Source: Anaerolineales bacterium (lineage in GTDB: Bacteria > Chloroflexota > Anaerolineae > Anaerolineales > E44-bin32). Taken from it: a stretch of DNA of 64,000 nt. The notes beneath the pieces are model-generated. The model did no database searches. It was given only the letters and a program-made list of their open reading frames with translations, and was not told where the DNA came from. The DNA is taken from the NCBI GenBank assembly GCA_034430395.1, contig DAOUEQ010000036.1:2116-66115 (forward strand), in the 5' to 3' direction. The translations under genes and the position numbers were made by a program. Positions within the stretch are counted from its first letter, which is position 1. The number at the start of each line of letters is the position of its first letter. This document shows positions 17,417 through 27,194 of this stretch, piece after piece.

Positions 17417-18445
17417 TCACCACCAGATGCGGAAGGAGTCGCTCGTCCTGGTGAGAACTGTTCCCGATGAAACGTAGATCTCCAAATTAACCTGCGCACC
17501 GGGCGTCTGCCCCTCAAATTCAATGGCAAGTTGGGTTACGCCAGCCTCGTCGGTAGGCGGGAAAACGAGCGTGCGAGCTTCATCAGGGAAATTCGCAACG
17601 AGGGTCACCGCTGCCGAGGAGACCGGCAGGAGATTCTGATCACGGACGATGACATACACTAGCTGCGTATCGGAACTTCCGGTGATGGGTTTTGCCACAG
17701 ATGCATGTGGCTTAAGCTCAACCACTTCGTACATCAAGGCATTGCTGGGGGCTTTTGGTCGCAGGAGGTCGTCGTCGTAATCCATCACCTCGAAGTGGAC
17801 CCGTCCAAGAGGCGCCACCAGGACTTGCTGACCTGGTGGATTTTCCGGATACCAATCCAGCCGGAATCCCTGGAAGTATTGAACCAGGCGATCATTTTCA
17901 ATGGTGAATTCTGATACAGGGTAGCCAAAAAGCTCTGGTCCTCCATGCTCATGGTAGAAATCCAGGAACATGAAACAGATACTGTGGCCCGTTAGAGAGT
18001 AGAACTCACAATCGGCGCTGGACCTGATGGAGAGTGGATCAGCGACATCTAGTGCCCGGTCGCCGACGAACAAAATTCCCAATTCCTTCAGGCGAACTTG
18101 CATGTCATCAGAGGCTGGATCTGGGAAAAGCTCCATCCGGCCGTTCTGCGTGTATTGGATCACCAATCCAGTCCAGTAATCCACAAAAGCATCTGTTATG
18201 GGGAAGCCGAGAATACCCAGACCGCCGTGGACGTCGAAATACTCGACGAACTCAGCATCGAGTGTGTGCCCGGTCTCAGAGAAATAGCGACCAGACCCGC
18301 TCTGGGCCATCACTGGGAGCCCGATACCAAGCAGCAGGATTATGACAATACTATAGGGCAGGATGCGGCGAATCCTGATGGAGGAGCCCCTTTCTTGACT
18401 ATGCGAACCATCTACTAGCTTAGATACTTCTCTCTTTTGGCGCAA
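17417..18445 (-). CDS. Secreted or membrane-anchored protein with two FxETGH...GG...G(F/Y)P(I/V) repeats and a C-terminal Ig-like region
   Basis: 342 aa with an N-terminal TM/signal segment ILPYSIVIILLLGIGLPVMA. The repeats are YFSETGHTLDAEFVEYFDVHGGLGILGFPIT and FYSLTGHSICFMFLDFYHEHGGPELFGYPVS. Confidence 0.65.
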   Translation of the reverse strand: MRQKREVSKLVDGSHSQERGSSIRIRRILPYSIVIILLLGIGLPVMAQSGSGRYFSETGHTLDAEFVEYFDVHGGLGILGFPITDAFVDYWTGLVIQYTQNGRMELFPDPASDDMQVRLKELGILFVGDRALDVADPLSIRSSADCEFYSLTGHSICFMFLDFYHEHGGPELFGYPVSEFTIENDRLVQYFQGFRLDWYPENPPGQQVLVAPLGRVHFEVMDYDDDLLRPKAPSNALMYEVVELKPHASVAKPITGSSDTQLVYVIVRDQNLLPVSSAAVTLVANFPDEARTLVFPPTDEAGVTQLAIEFEGQTPGAQVNLEIYVSSGTVLTRTSDSFRIWW

Positions 18446-18462
18446 CAGGACCGGGGTACTAT

Positions 18463-19377
18463 CTACTCTAGGTCTCCAGAGCGCATGCGCAAGTAGGAAT
18501 CGTAGCGCTCCGGATCGATTTCTCCATTTTCAACAGCAACGAGCACGGCGCAGTTCGGTTCATGGGTGTGGGTGCAATCGCTGAATTCGCACTCAGCGAC
18601 CAGCGTCCGGATTTCCGGAAAATAGGCGTCGATCTCTTCAGGCTCGATGTCCCAGAGGGCGAAAGCCTTCAAACCAGGAGTATCCGCCACATAACCGCCA
18701 CCATCAAGCATCAAAAGCTCCGGAACGACCGTCGTGTGCTTGCCTCTCCGTGTGGCACGGCTGATCTCACGTGTGCGTAATCCCAATCCTGGTTGGATCT
18801 TATTAAGCAGGCTAGTCTTTCCCACCCCCGAGGGACCTGCCAGAACTGAGAGCTTTCCTTGCAGCGCCTTGCTAACTTCTCGCACCCCTTTGCCGGTCAC
18901 GGCGGAGGTGTAAAGGACCGGGTAACCGAGTTTCGGATAAATACCGAAGGCATGCTTGGCGGTGCGCGGGACAACCAGGTCGATTTTATTGGCGCAGATC
19001 AGCGCCGGGATCTCTTCTCGCTCGGAAACGACGAGCAAGCGATCAAGCATCCGAAAGTTTGGATCGGGGTCGGCGCACGAGAAGACGAAGACGGCTTGAT
19101 CTGGATTTGCGACCAGAACTTGTTCGATCTCTGAACGACCGGGCGCTTTGCGGGAGAGCACACGGAGGCGCTCCTCCACGACTTCGATCGATGCCAAGCC
19201 ATCCGGTTGTACGCGTATCTGAACTCGATCACCCAACGCCGCAGCATCGCTCTCCATTCGTTCCTTCATGAGCCGGCCACGCAATTTCGAGGGGATGATC
19301 CCCTGCTCGGTTTCAACGTCGAAAATACCGGATTGGGCTTTGATAATCAGCCCGGGGAGAAGGTCGGGGTCAGGCAT
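18463..19377 (-). CDS. rsgA: Ribosome small-subunit-dependent GTPase A
   Basis: 304 aa. It shows the circularly permuted GTPase order (NKIDL before GPSGVGKTSLLN, DTPG) and the C-terminal zinc knuckle C..C.H..EP.C. Confidence 0.9.
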   Translation of the reverse strand: MPDPDLLPGLIIKAQSGIFDVETEQGIIPSKLRGRLMKERMESDAAALGDRVQIRVQPDGLASIEVVEERLRVLSRKAPGRSEIEQVLVANPDQAVFVFSCADPDPNFRMLDRLLVVSEREEIPALICANKIDLVVPRTAKHAFGIYPKLGYPVLYTSAVTGKGVREVSKALQGKLSVLAGPSGVGKTSLLNKIQPGLGLRTREISRATRRGKHTTVVPELLMLDGGGYVADTPGLKAFALWDIEPEEIDAYFPEIRTLVAECEFSDCTHTHEPNCAVLVAVENGEIDPERYDSYLRMRSGDLE

Positions 19378-19386
19378 TATTCACAT

Positions 19387-21657
19387 TCACGGCGCTGGAG
19401 TTTCCTCCGCTTCTTCGTCCGGCTCAGGCGTTCTCTCAACCCAGATACGAGACTCCCACGGATATAGCGTGAGCGGCCGGCCCTTGAAATATGTCTCGAC
19501 GATTCGCCGAAAGACCGGCGCAGCCCAATCTGACCCCTCGCCCTGATTCTCCAAGATAACCGCAATGGCGATATCTGGTAAGTCGTCTCTCTTTTCGAAG
19601 GTATAGCCCGCGAACCAGGCATGCGGCTCGCCTTCTGTAGAAGCTGTCCCTGTCTTCCCGGCGACATTTAGGTTGAGACCGAGGAACTTTCGGTAAGCGG
19701 TCGCCCCGGACTTCGCGACTACGTTTACCATCGCCTCTTGGATCGCGGTAATGTTATCCGGGCTCACCGGAAGCTGCGCCTGGGGATCGGGCACAAACTC
19801 GTGCAGCGTATTACCCTCGGCATTCTGTATCTCCAATACAAGCTGTGGACGATAGAGCGTGCCGCCATTCCCTATCGCGGCAGCGTAACGGGCGACCTGG
19901 AGAGGCGTCACCAAGAGAACGCTTTGTCCGATCGCCAACTGCACTGGATGCCACGCCGTCCATTCCTCACCGAGTAATTCTGCACTGTTCTCCGGGCTCG
20001 GAACCTGCCCTGCCTCGTCCCCAATCTCGATGCCCGTCGCCGCTCCCAGTCCGAATGCCGCAGCCATGTCAGGGATGGCGCTGGGGAGATTCTTAACATA
20101 AAGATCCAGACCGATGTGATAGAACCAGGGGTTACACGACTTCTCCAGACCTCCCTTGAGCGTCAATTCACCCGCTGCGGGAAGTTCTTTCTCGTAACGC
20201 CAATCGTAGCCGACCCACCCAGGTAGTTCAGTGAACGTCAGACCGCAGTCGTAAACAATGTCGGGCTCGTAATACTCAGTCTCCAGTGCGGCGGCCATCG
20301 TAACGACCTTGAACACTGATCCCGGAGCGTAAAGACCCTGCGTAGCGCGGTTGATATAGGGCTGGTTGGCGGAGTTTAACATCTGAAAACCACCATTCGA
20401 TCCATTGGGATTCTGGAAATCGAAAAGGTTAGGGTCGAATGCGGGCGAGGAGGCCATGGCAAGCACCGCACCCGTGTCGCGTTCCAAAACAACCACAGCG
20501 CCCTGGAAACCTTCAATCGATCGCTGCGCGATTTCCTGCAGATCACGATCGAGCGTCGTATAAACAGCATAGGGCAGTCCGGGATCACGCGCAGCCATCG
20601 CTTGCAGCACCTGACCATCTGTGTCGACCAGGTAGAGCGTCCCACCCGGTACGCCGCGCAGCTCATCCTCGAAGGCCGCCTCGATCCCGATACGGCCGAT
20701 GAATTCATCACCCTGATATCCCTGCGCCAGGCGGTCTTCGTATTCAGCTTCTTGAATCTGGCTCACATAACCCACAGCATGTGGCGCAGCGCCTCCTGCA
20801 AATGGTGTGAGTCCACTGCCGTAATAGTAGCGGGTGCCGTAAGTGCGAGCGCGAACCCCACCCACCGATGCGAGCAATCCGCCGACGGTGTTGTAGTCGA
20901 CATAAGGTGCAACGCCAAGCGGGGTGAAATAATCCGTCCCCCGAAAGGTTTCATAGCGCGCTATGATCGAATCCGTCGACACTAAATCAAACAAGCGCCG
21001 GAGGGTGGAGAGCATCGTCTCTTCGGCTTCATCATCACCGATTTCATTCGGAACGATCCACAGCGCGGCGGCGTTATCCTGACCCGCAGCCGCCTCTGCG
21101 GCGAATGCCTGGTTATTCCTGTCATAGATATTCGCTCGCGCAGGCGTGACAGTGGTGAGGCTCAAACCGTTGCCTCCCTCGAGTTCAGGCAAAATCATGG
21201 CATCGGTCCAGGCCACTCGCCAGTCCTCGCCTGCGGAACGCGTCAGGTCCATGCGAGTTTCACTGCTGATCTCTCCCACAGACGCGCTTGTGAGAACGAT
21301 GCGATAGCGCACCTCCGCGCGCTGTGGGCTGTTTACAAGCGCGGAGACGATTTGAAAATCGACATCCACAAACGCCCCTGCGCGCATGATCTCTTGAATA
21401 CGGCTAGTGAAATCCTCCTCGCTCAATCCATCCTTGGTAAGAGGGCTGAGGAGCGCGTACATCCCTGCATAGTCGCCGTCCTTCCAGGTATCCAGAAAAT
21501 ACCTCGCCGCTGAGTCTGGATCCGGCGCGGATTCTGTGGTTTGTAAAGGATCTGGGAGCGCAGGCGTTCCGTTCGACACCGGGTCGGTAGGGTTAATGAG
21601 TCCACAACTGCTGATGACCATCGCCAAAATTAGAAATAGGATCGGGATTCGTCTCAC
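19387..21657 (-). CDS. Penicillin-binding protein 2-type transpeptidase with N-terminal lipoprotein signal and NTF2-like domain
   Basis: 756 aa with the lipobox ISSC and the motifs SVFK, SCN and KTGTA. The GTG start overlaps the maf stop (GTGA). Confidence 0.85.
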   Translation of the reverse strand: MRRIPILFLILAMVISSCGLINPTDPVSNGTPALPDPLQTTESAPDPDSAARYFLDTWKDGDYAGMYALLSPLTKDGLSEEDFTSRIQEIMRAGAFVDVDFQIVSALVNSPQRAEVRYRIVLTSASVGEISSETRMDLTRSAGEDWRVAWTDAMILPELEGGNGLSLTTVTPARANIYDRNNQAFAAEAAAGQDNAAALWIVPNEIGDDEAEETMLSTLRRLFDLVSTDSIIARYETFRGTDYFTPLGVAPYVDYNTVGGLLASVGGVRARTYGTRYYYGSGLTPFAGGAAPHAVGYVSQIQEAEYEDRLAQGYQGDEFIGRIGIEAAFEDELRGVPGGTLYLVDTDGQVLQAMAARDPGLPYAVYTTLDRDLQEIAQRSIEGFQGAVVVLERDTGAVLAMASSPAFDPNLFDFQNPNGSNGGFQMLNSANQPYINRATQGLYAPGSVFKVVTMAAALETEYYEPDIVYDCGLTFTELPGWVGYDWRYEKELPAAGELTLKGGLEKSCNPWFYHIGLDLYVKNLPSAIPDMAAAFGLGAATGIEIGDEAGQVPSPENSAELLGEEWTAWHPVQLAIGQSVLLVTPLQVARYAAAIGNGGTLYRPQLVLEIQNAEGNTLHEFVPDPQAQLPVSPDNITAIQEAMVNVVAKSGATAYRKFLGLNLNVAGKTGTASTEGEPHAWFAGYTFEKRDDLPDIAIAVILENQGEGSDWAAPVFRRIVETYFKGRPLTLYPWESRIWVERTPEPDEEAEETPAP

Positions 21658-22319
21658 AATTTACCTCTCAGAATCTCCTGGTAGACGCTACAATCATACC
21701 CCGTAAAGGCAATACAGCGAGAGGGGAGATCAACCGCTAGATCATACCCCATGCGACCCAAAGCGCGCTGCAGGTGGCACAACGGGAGCCCCATCACATT
21801 CGCGAAGCATCCCTGCATCTGGCTCAGTTCCACCGGATTGAATTCGCGGTCCTGTATCCCATAGGCTCCAGCTTTATCAAGCGGAGAACCGCCTGTGATA
21901 TAGCCCTGAAGCGCTTCGCTCTCATACGCCCGCATTGGAACAACCGTTGTGCATGCCTCCACAGTTTCTTCCCCGCTGGCTGGTTGGAGAAGTGCCAACG
22001 CAGTGATGACCTGATGCTCTCGATCCCGAAGCCTTAGAAGCATCCGCTCAGCATCGCTGGCATTCACCGGTTTTCCTAAAATTGTGCTGCCGTCCACCAC
22101 GACAGTGTCGGCAGCGAGGACTAGCTCACAGGTGGGGCACTCAACCGCGGCTGCCCGAGCTTTCATTCGTGCCAGTCTGATCGCCAATGCCTCCGCCCGC
22201 TCATCCGCCTGAACCATCTCGTCGACTGGAACCGGGCAAACCTCCACCTCCCAACCGGTCAGTTCCATTAATTCACGGCGGCGAGGCGAACCCGAGGCTA
22301 AGAGCAACTTACATGTCAT
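21654..22319 (-). CDS. maf: Maf-like nucleoside triphosphate pyrophosphatase
   Basis: 221 aa with LLLASGSPRRRELM, ...AADTVV... and KAGAYGIQ. Confidence 0.9.
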   Translation of the reverse strand: MTCKLLLASGSPRRRELMELTGWEVEVCPVPVDEMVQADERAEALAIRLARMKARAAAVECPTCELVLAADTVVVDGSTILGKPVNASDAERMLLRLRDREHQVITALALLQPASGEETVEACTTVVPMRAYESEALQGYITGGSPLDKAGAYGIQDREFNPVELSQMQGCFANVMGLPLCHLQRALGRMGYDLAVDLPSRCIAFTGYDCSVYQEILRGKL

Positions 22320-22542
22320 AAATAACTAATCCGATAACGTCTGGAATCCTTGGTCAATTCTTAAGCCATCCGGGCTGGGAGGTGATATTTCCTGTTCTAC
22401 CCATTTCAACACATCTGCATCCAACACATGTGCGAAGCCAATATGCGCAGGGCAAGTCCCTCATTCCGCGAATTCTAACATACCCGGCAGAAGCACAGAA
22501 TCTACATTAACTCATCGAGAGTCCCAACCCTGAACAACCCGA

Positions 22543-22551
22543 TGGTACAAT
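22543..22551 (+). promoter_or_regulatory. Extended -10 promoter TGgTACAAT placed 6 nt before the rarA ATG (leaderless transcript predicted)
   Basis: The sequence is tggtacaatggccaaATG at 22543-22560. Confidence 0.45.
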
Positions 22552-22557
22552 GGCCAA

Positions 22558-23982
22558 ATGGATTTGTTTGACCACGCGATGAAGGATCGTATAGCTCGCG
22601 AAGCCCCGCTCGCTGCGCGCATGCGGCCGCGCACCATGGATGAATTCGAAGGCCAAGAAGAAATTGTAGGAGAAGATTGCCTTCTTCGGCGTGCTATCCA
22701 GGCCGATCGGCTCTTCTCTTCGATACTCTTCTGGGGGCCGCCCGGCACAGGAAAAACCACACTGGCGATGATCATCGCCAACACCACAGAATCTCATTTC
22801 ATAACAATCTCAGCTGTTCTTGCTGGGAAAGCAGATCTCCGGCGTATTATCAAGGCGACGGAGGAGCGGCGAAAACTATATGGTAAGCGCACGATCCTAT
22901 TTGTGGATGAGGTCCATCGCTGGAATAAAGCTCAACAGGATGCCCTCCTACCTCACGTTGAGAACGGGACTATCACTCTCATCGGTGCGACGACTGAAAA
23001 TCCTTACTTCGAGGTGATCGGCGCCCTCGTCTCACGCTCACGAATTTTCCAATTGCGTCCGCTTGAGGATAAGGATGTGCACGGGATTATCCAACGCGCC
23101 CTCACCGACAGCGAACGTGGATACGGCAACAAACAGATCCGGCTTGATCAGAAGGCTCTGGATCACTTGATCCGTGTGTCGGGCGGGGATGCCCGCAATG
23201 CGCTCAACGCGCTCGAACTAGCTGTGGAAACTACGCCCCCTGATAAGGATGGCGTAATTCACCTTACATTAGATGTTGCCCAGGAGTCCATCCAGCGCCG
23301 CGCGGTCCTATATGATAAAGACGGCGACGCGCATTACGACACCGTATCGGCCTTTATCAAATCGGTGCGTGGTTCCGATCCAGACGCCGCTCTTTACTGG
23401 CTGGCGAAGATGCTCTACGCCGGCGAGGACCCGCGTTTCATCCTGCGGCGGTTATTGATCCTGGCTTCGGAGGATATCGGTCTGGCTGACCCAATGGGCC
23501 TCGTTGTCGCCTCCGCCGCAGTACAAGCCTTCGAATTCGTTGGGTTACCAGAGGGGATCTATGCCCTCGTTGAGGCTACACTCTACCTGGCAACCACCGC
23601 AAAATCGAATACCGCAAGCGCCTATTTCAAGGCCTATAGATACCTCGAGGAAAAAGGTGTAGTCGAAGTCCCACAACATTTAAAAGATGCCAACCGCGAT
23701 GGGAAGGCTCTCGGGCACGGGAGGGGATATAAGTATCCACACACTCACCCCGGGCACCACATCGGGCAGGGATATTTACCTGCCTCACTCCTCGGAACCT
23801 ATTTTTACAGCCCCTCCAAACAAGGTTACGAGATCCAGATTGCTGAACGGCTTGAACGATGGCGCGCGGCGCAGCGGAAGGCATTGGATATTGATGACAC
23901 GCTCGAGCCAACCGATCTCGCCGATCAAGAGATCGATGCAATCAAGAAAAAACATACGATGCGCAGAAACAGATCGACCTAG
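22558..23982 (+). CDS. rarA: Replication-associated recombination protein A (AAA+ ATPase)
   Basis: 474 aa with Walker A GPPGTGKTTLA, Walker B LFVDEVHR and the C-terminal MgsA region YLAKM...GEDPRFI. Confidence 0.92.
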   Translation: MDLFDHAMKDRIAREAPLAARMRPRTMDEFEGQEEIVGEDCLLRRAIQADRLFSSILFWGPPGTGKTTLAMIIANTTESHFITISAVLAGKADLRRIIKATEERRKLYGKRTILFVDEVHRWNKAQQDALLPHVENGTITLIGATTENPYFEVIGALVSRSRIFQLRPLEDKDVHGIIQRALTDSERGYGNKQIRLDQKALDHLIRVSGGDARNALNALELAVETTPPDKDGVIHLTLDVAQESIQRRAVLYDKDGDAHYDTVSAFIKSVRGSDPDAALYWLAKMLYAGEDPRFILRRLLILASEDIGLADPMGLVVASAAVQAFEFVGLPEGIYALVEATLYLATTAKSNTASAYFKAYRYLEEKGVVEVPQHLKDANRDGKALGHGRGYKYPHTHPGHHIGQGYLPASLLGTYFYSPSKQGYEIQIAERLERWRAAQRKALDIDDTLEPTDLADQEIDAIKKKHTMRRNRST

Positions 23983-23992
23983 CGGAGAAATA

Positions 23993-24616
23993 ATGACCAC
24001 CTTCTATCTCATCCGTCACGGACACAATGATTTTCTAGAAAAGCACAAACTCGTTGGGCGGATGCCGGACGTCCACTTGAGTGAACAAGGTCACAGTCAA
24101 GCTGAGGCCCTCGGGCGGATACTCTCTGCTGTCAAATTCAAGGCAATCTACGCCAGTCCTTTAGAACGTGCCGTCGAAACCGCTGAACCACTGGCACGTA
24201 CCCAGAGTCTCGACATCATCATCCGCGAAGGTTTACTTGAGATCGGGTTTGGCTCCTGGCAAGGGCAATCGCTCAAAGCTTTAACACGGCGTAAACTCTG
24301 GCCGATCATCCAGAATTCTCCCTCGCTGGCCAGGTTCCCAAATGGCGAGTCTTTCCCAGAAGCTCAAGCGCGCGTCGTAGCCGAGCTCGAAGCGCTTCGC
24401 TCTTTGCATCGCGGCAAGAAAGGGAGCGTTGCCTGTGTGTTTCACTCAGATCCAATCAAACTCGCCATCGCTCATTATCTAGGTTTAGCACTAGACCTTT
24501 TCCAGCGCATCACCATATCCCCCGCTTCAATAAGCGTGCTGGCGATAAGCGATAGCGGCACTCGCATCTTAAGCCTGAACGGTACCCGCGCGACGTACGT
24601 CACGCCGGGGGTTTGA
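23993..24616 (+). CDS. Histidine phosphatase family protein (phosphoglycerate-mutase-like; MSMEG_4193-type context)
   Basis: 207 aa from MTTFYLIRHGHNDF, which carries the RHG catalytic motif. The ORF-track start at 23687 overlaps rarA and is rejected. Confidence 0.8.
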   Translation: MTTFYLIRHGHNDFLEKHKLVGRMPDVHLSEQGHSQAEALGRILSAVKFKAIYASPLERAVETAEPLARTQSLDIIIREGLLEIGFGSWQGQSLKALTRRKLWPIIQNSPSLARFPNGESFPEAQARVVAELEALRSLHRGKKGSVACVFHSDPIKLAIAHYLGLALDLFQRITISPASISVLAISDSGTRILSLNGTRATYVTPGV

Positions 24617-24679
24617 TATACTTCATTCGACAGTGCGATGCCAAGTCAACCCAATCGTTAATTAAGCATGGAATCTTAG

Positions 24680-25207
24680 ATGGCAGGAATCAAGTACGAA
24701 CTCAAACCCGTTGATCGGATCACAACCGGGGCCATTGGCAGTCCCGGAAACCGTGTTTTCTATCTACAAGGACGGGCGGGGGATCAACTGGTCACGCTTA
24801 TTGTCGAAAAACAGCAGATCCAATCGCTCGCAATTGGTGTTGAGGAATTCCTGGATGAGCTGCACAAACGCTTCCCTGACCTACCCGAATCCTCACGGGA
24901 TTACATCGAGGGTGAGATGGCGCTCGAGGAGCCAATCGATCCCGCCTTCCGCGTGGGTCATATTGGGTTAGGCTATGACGAGGAAGCCGATATACTCATC
25001 CTTGTCGCCCGCGAGATCCAGCCAATCGATGAAGACCCCGAAGTCGCATCTATCACTCGCTTCTGGTGCAGTCGCTCGCAGTTACGCCGGATGTGCAGCT
25101 GGGGCTTAGATTTGTCTGCTCGCGGTAGACCGATATGCGGCAACTGCGGTGAGCCCATCGACCCGGAAGGTCATTTCTGTCCAAAGAAAAACGGTCATAA
25201 ACACTGA
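24680..25207 (+). CDS. DUF3090-family protein with C-terminal Cys/His zinc-ribbon-like motif
   Basis: 175 aa. The N-terminus ...ITTGAIGSPGNRVFYLQ... and the C-terminus CGNCGEPIDPEGHFCPKKNGH are present, and the gene lies between the phosphatase and the kinase-like gene. Confidence 0.7.
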   Translation: MAGIKYELKPVDRITTGAIGSPGNRVFYLQGRAGDQLVTLIVEKQQIQSLAIGVEEFLDELHKRFPDLPESSRDYIEGEMALEEPIDPAFRVGHIGLGYDEEADILILVAREIQPIDEDPEVASITRFWCSRSQLRRMCSWGLDLSARGRPICGNCGEPIDPEGHFCPKKNGHKH

Positions 25208-25284
25208 CTTTCATTCTCTATGTGAGCGCGCCGCAGCTTTCTGGAGACCTCCCGTTTAAATAGCACATTTCAATAAACGCACAG

Positions 25285-26019
25285 ATGAATATTTTCGAGC
25301 CTCATAACCTTGAAGTGATTACCCGCCTACTCAATACAGGTGAAATCGGGGTTGTGGGACAGGTGGCCTGGGGATCTAACTTCACTTTTCTCGTCAAGAT
25401 CGAGGGAGATGATGGCGAAATCCCGGCGATATACAAGCCGGCACGCGGCGAACAGCCGCTCTGGGATTTCCCCCATGGCTCTCTCGCCGACAGGGAAGTA
25501 GCAACCTACCTCACGAGCCAGGCACTAGGCTGGGAACTCGTCCCACCGACTGTACTTCGCAAGGATGCGCCCGCCGGTCCCGGCTCAATGCAACTCTACA
25601 TCGATGTTGATCCCAATCGTCATTACTTCACATTCAACCAAGAGGAAAAAGAACGATTGCGACCCACAGTCCTGTTCGACGCCATCATCAACAACGCCGA
25701 TCGTAAATCCGGTCATATTCTCCTTGGCGAGGATGATCACATCTGGTTGATCGACCACGGTCTCTGCTTCCACGATGAGGAGAAACTGCGAACGGTGGTC
25801 TGGGACTTCGCCGGTGAGCCCATACCAGGCGAGTTGCTCGAGTGCATGGGCTTACTGCGGGATCAAATGGAGTCGCAAAACGATTTCCACGATGATCTTT
25901 CGCACTTGCTATCGAGGACTGAGCTCATCAAATTTCGTGAACGTATCGATCGAATCCTACGATCCCCCACCTTCCCCTCGCCTGGTCCAGGCCGCCCCTA
26001 CCCTTGGCCATTGGTATAA
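25285..26019 (+). CDS. SCO1664-family protein (PI3/PI4-kinase-like catalytic core)
   Basis: 244 aa. NNADRKSGHILL and WLIDHGLCFH match the DRHxxN / DFG-like loops of PI3/4-kinase-fold enzymes. Confidence 0.7.
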   Translation: MNIFEPHNLEVITRLLNTGEIGVVGQVAWGSNFTFLVKIEGDDGEIPAIYKPARGEQPLWDFPHGSLADREVATYLTSQALGWELVPPTVLRKDAPAGPGSMQLYIDVDPNRHYFTFNQEEKERLRPTVLFDAIINNADRKSGHILLGEDDHIWLIDHGLCFHDEEKLRTVVWDFAGEPIPGELLECMGLLRDQMESQNDFHDDLSHLLSRTELIKFRERIDRILRSPTFPSPGPGRPYPWPLV

Positions 26020-26051
26020 TTAATCCTATTCATTTTGGAGCAAGTATCCCT

Positions 26052-27089
26052 GTGGACACATACAAATTAGCTCTCCTTGGTTTCGGGAATGTCGGTCAGG
26101 CATTTGCGCGACTATTGCTGACAAAAAACGACGAACTTCTAACCCAGTACGATTTGCGCTGGCAGGTTGTCGGGATCATGACTGGTCACCATGGCGCAGC
26201 GATAGATCCGGACGGGATAGACCTCGAGGAGGCACTTGAAATGATCGATGCGGGGGGATCACTCGACCCGCTATCCACTGAACCAATACCGCAGAATGGT
26301 GTCGAATTCGTGCATGCATGTAAGGCAAACGCCCTTTTCGAGAACACGCCCGTTAGCTACCATGACGGTCAGCCGGCGATCGATAATATTTCCGCTGCGC
26401 TCTCCGCCAGCATGCACGCCATCACGGCAAATAAAGGTCCGGTCGTCCACGCCTACCGTGAACTCACGAAGTTAGCGCAGGCGCATAACAGGAAATTTCT
26501 CTTCGAATCTACAGTTATGGATGGCGCGCCGGTATTCTCGCTCTGGCGAGAAGCGCTTCCTGCAGTAGAACTTCAATCCTTCCGTGGGATCCTGAACTCG
26601 ACAACCAACCTCATCCTGACAATGATGGAGCAGGGGAAGACCTTCGAGGAAGCCGTCGCATACACCCAGTCGATCGGCATCGCCGAAACCGATCCCACCG
26701 GCGACATCGAGGGCTGGGACGCGGCCATCAAGGTGTCGGCGCTCGTTACCGTGCTTATGGGCGAAAATCTGAGACCCGACGACGTGGAACGCAAGGGGAT
26801 TGAATCCCTCCGCAGTGCTGATGTAAAAGCTGCTTCAGCAGAGGGGAAACGGTGGAAGCTCATCTGCCAAGCCGAGAGAACAGACACGGGGATTACAAAA
26901 TCTGTACACCCCGAACTGCTCGATCCCAGCGACCCGCTGTACAGTGTGACAGGCACATCCTCGGCCGTTACCTTTCATAGCGACAGCCTCGGCCCGCTCA
27001 CAATCTCCGAGTCTGATCCGGGACCTGATACAACAGCCTATGGGCTGCTCGCCGATTTCATTAATATTGTGAGACCAGCTCGTGGTTAA
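26052..27089 (+). CDS. Homoserine dehydrogenase family protein (no ACT domain)
   Basis: A GTG start at 26052 with GGAG upstream is preferred over the overlapping TTG at 26004. The Rossmann motif LLGFGNVGQ and the catalytic region ...GILNSTTN... are present. Confidence 0.75.
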   Translation: MDTYKLALLGFGNVGQAFARLLLTKNDELLTQYDLRWQVVGIMTGHHGAAIDPDGIDLEEALEMIDAGGSLDPLSTEPIPQNGVEFVHACKANALFENTPVSYHDGQPAIDNISAALSASMHAITANKGPVVHAYRELTKLAQAHNRKFLFESTVMDGAPVFSLWREALPAVELQSFRGILNSTTNLILTMMEQGKTFEEAVAYTQSIGIAETDPTGDIEGWDAAIKVSALVTVLMGENLRPDDVERKGIESLRSADVKAASAEGKRWKLICQAERTDTGITKSVHPELLDPSDPLYSVTGTSSAVTFHSDSLGPLTISESDPGPDTTAYGLLADFINIVRPARG

Positions 27090-27194
27090 TATACCTATAA
27101 AGCAAGCGCAGCACGAAGTCACCTGCTCCGATGGTAGATGATCATCCGATACACTTGAAACCAGATGACACACCCTTACTCCCAGGAATGACAC

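Noticed and set aside
23687-23992. A 102-codon N-terminal extension of the histidine phosphatase ORF; similar extensions occur at 9307, 39629, 40911, 42373, 5861-6562 and 1142
   Set aside because: The extensions overlap the preceding gene or translate promoter or hairpin sequence. Internal ATG/GTG codons with RBS or leaderless promoter signals give proteins that begin at the conserved N-termini.
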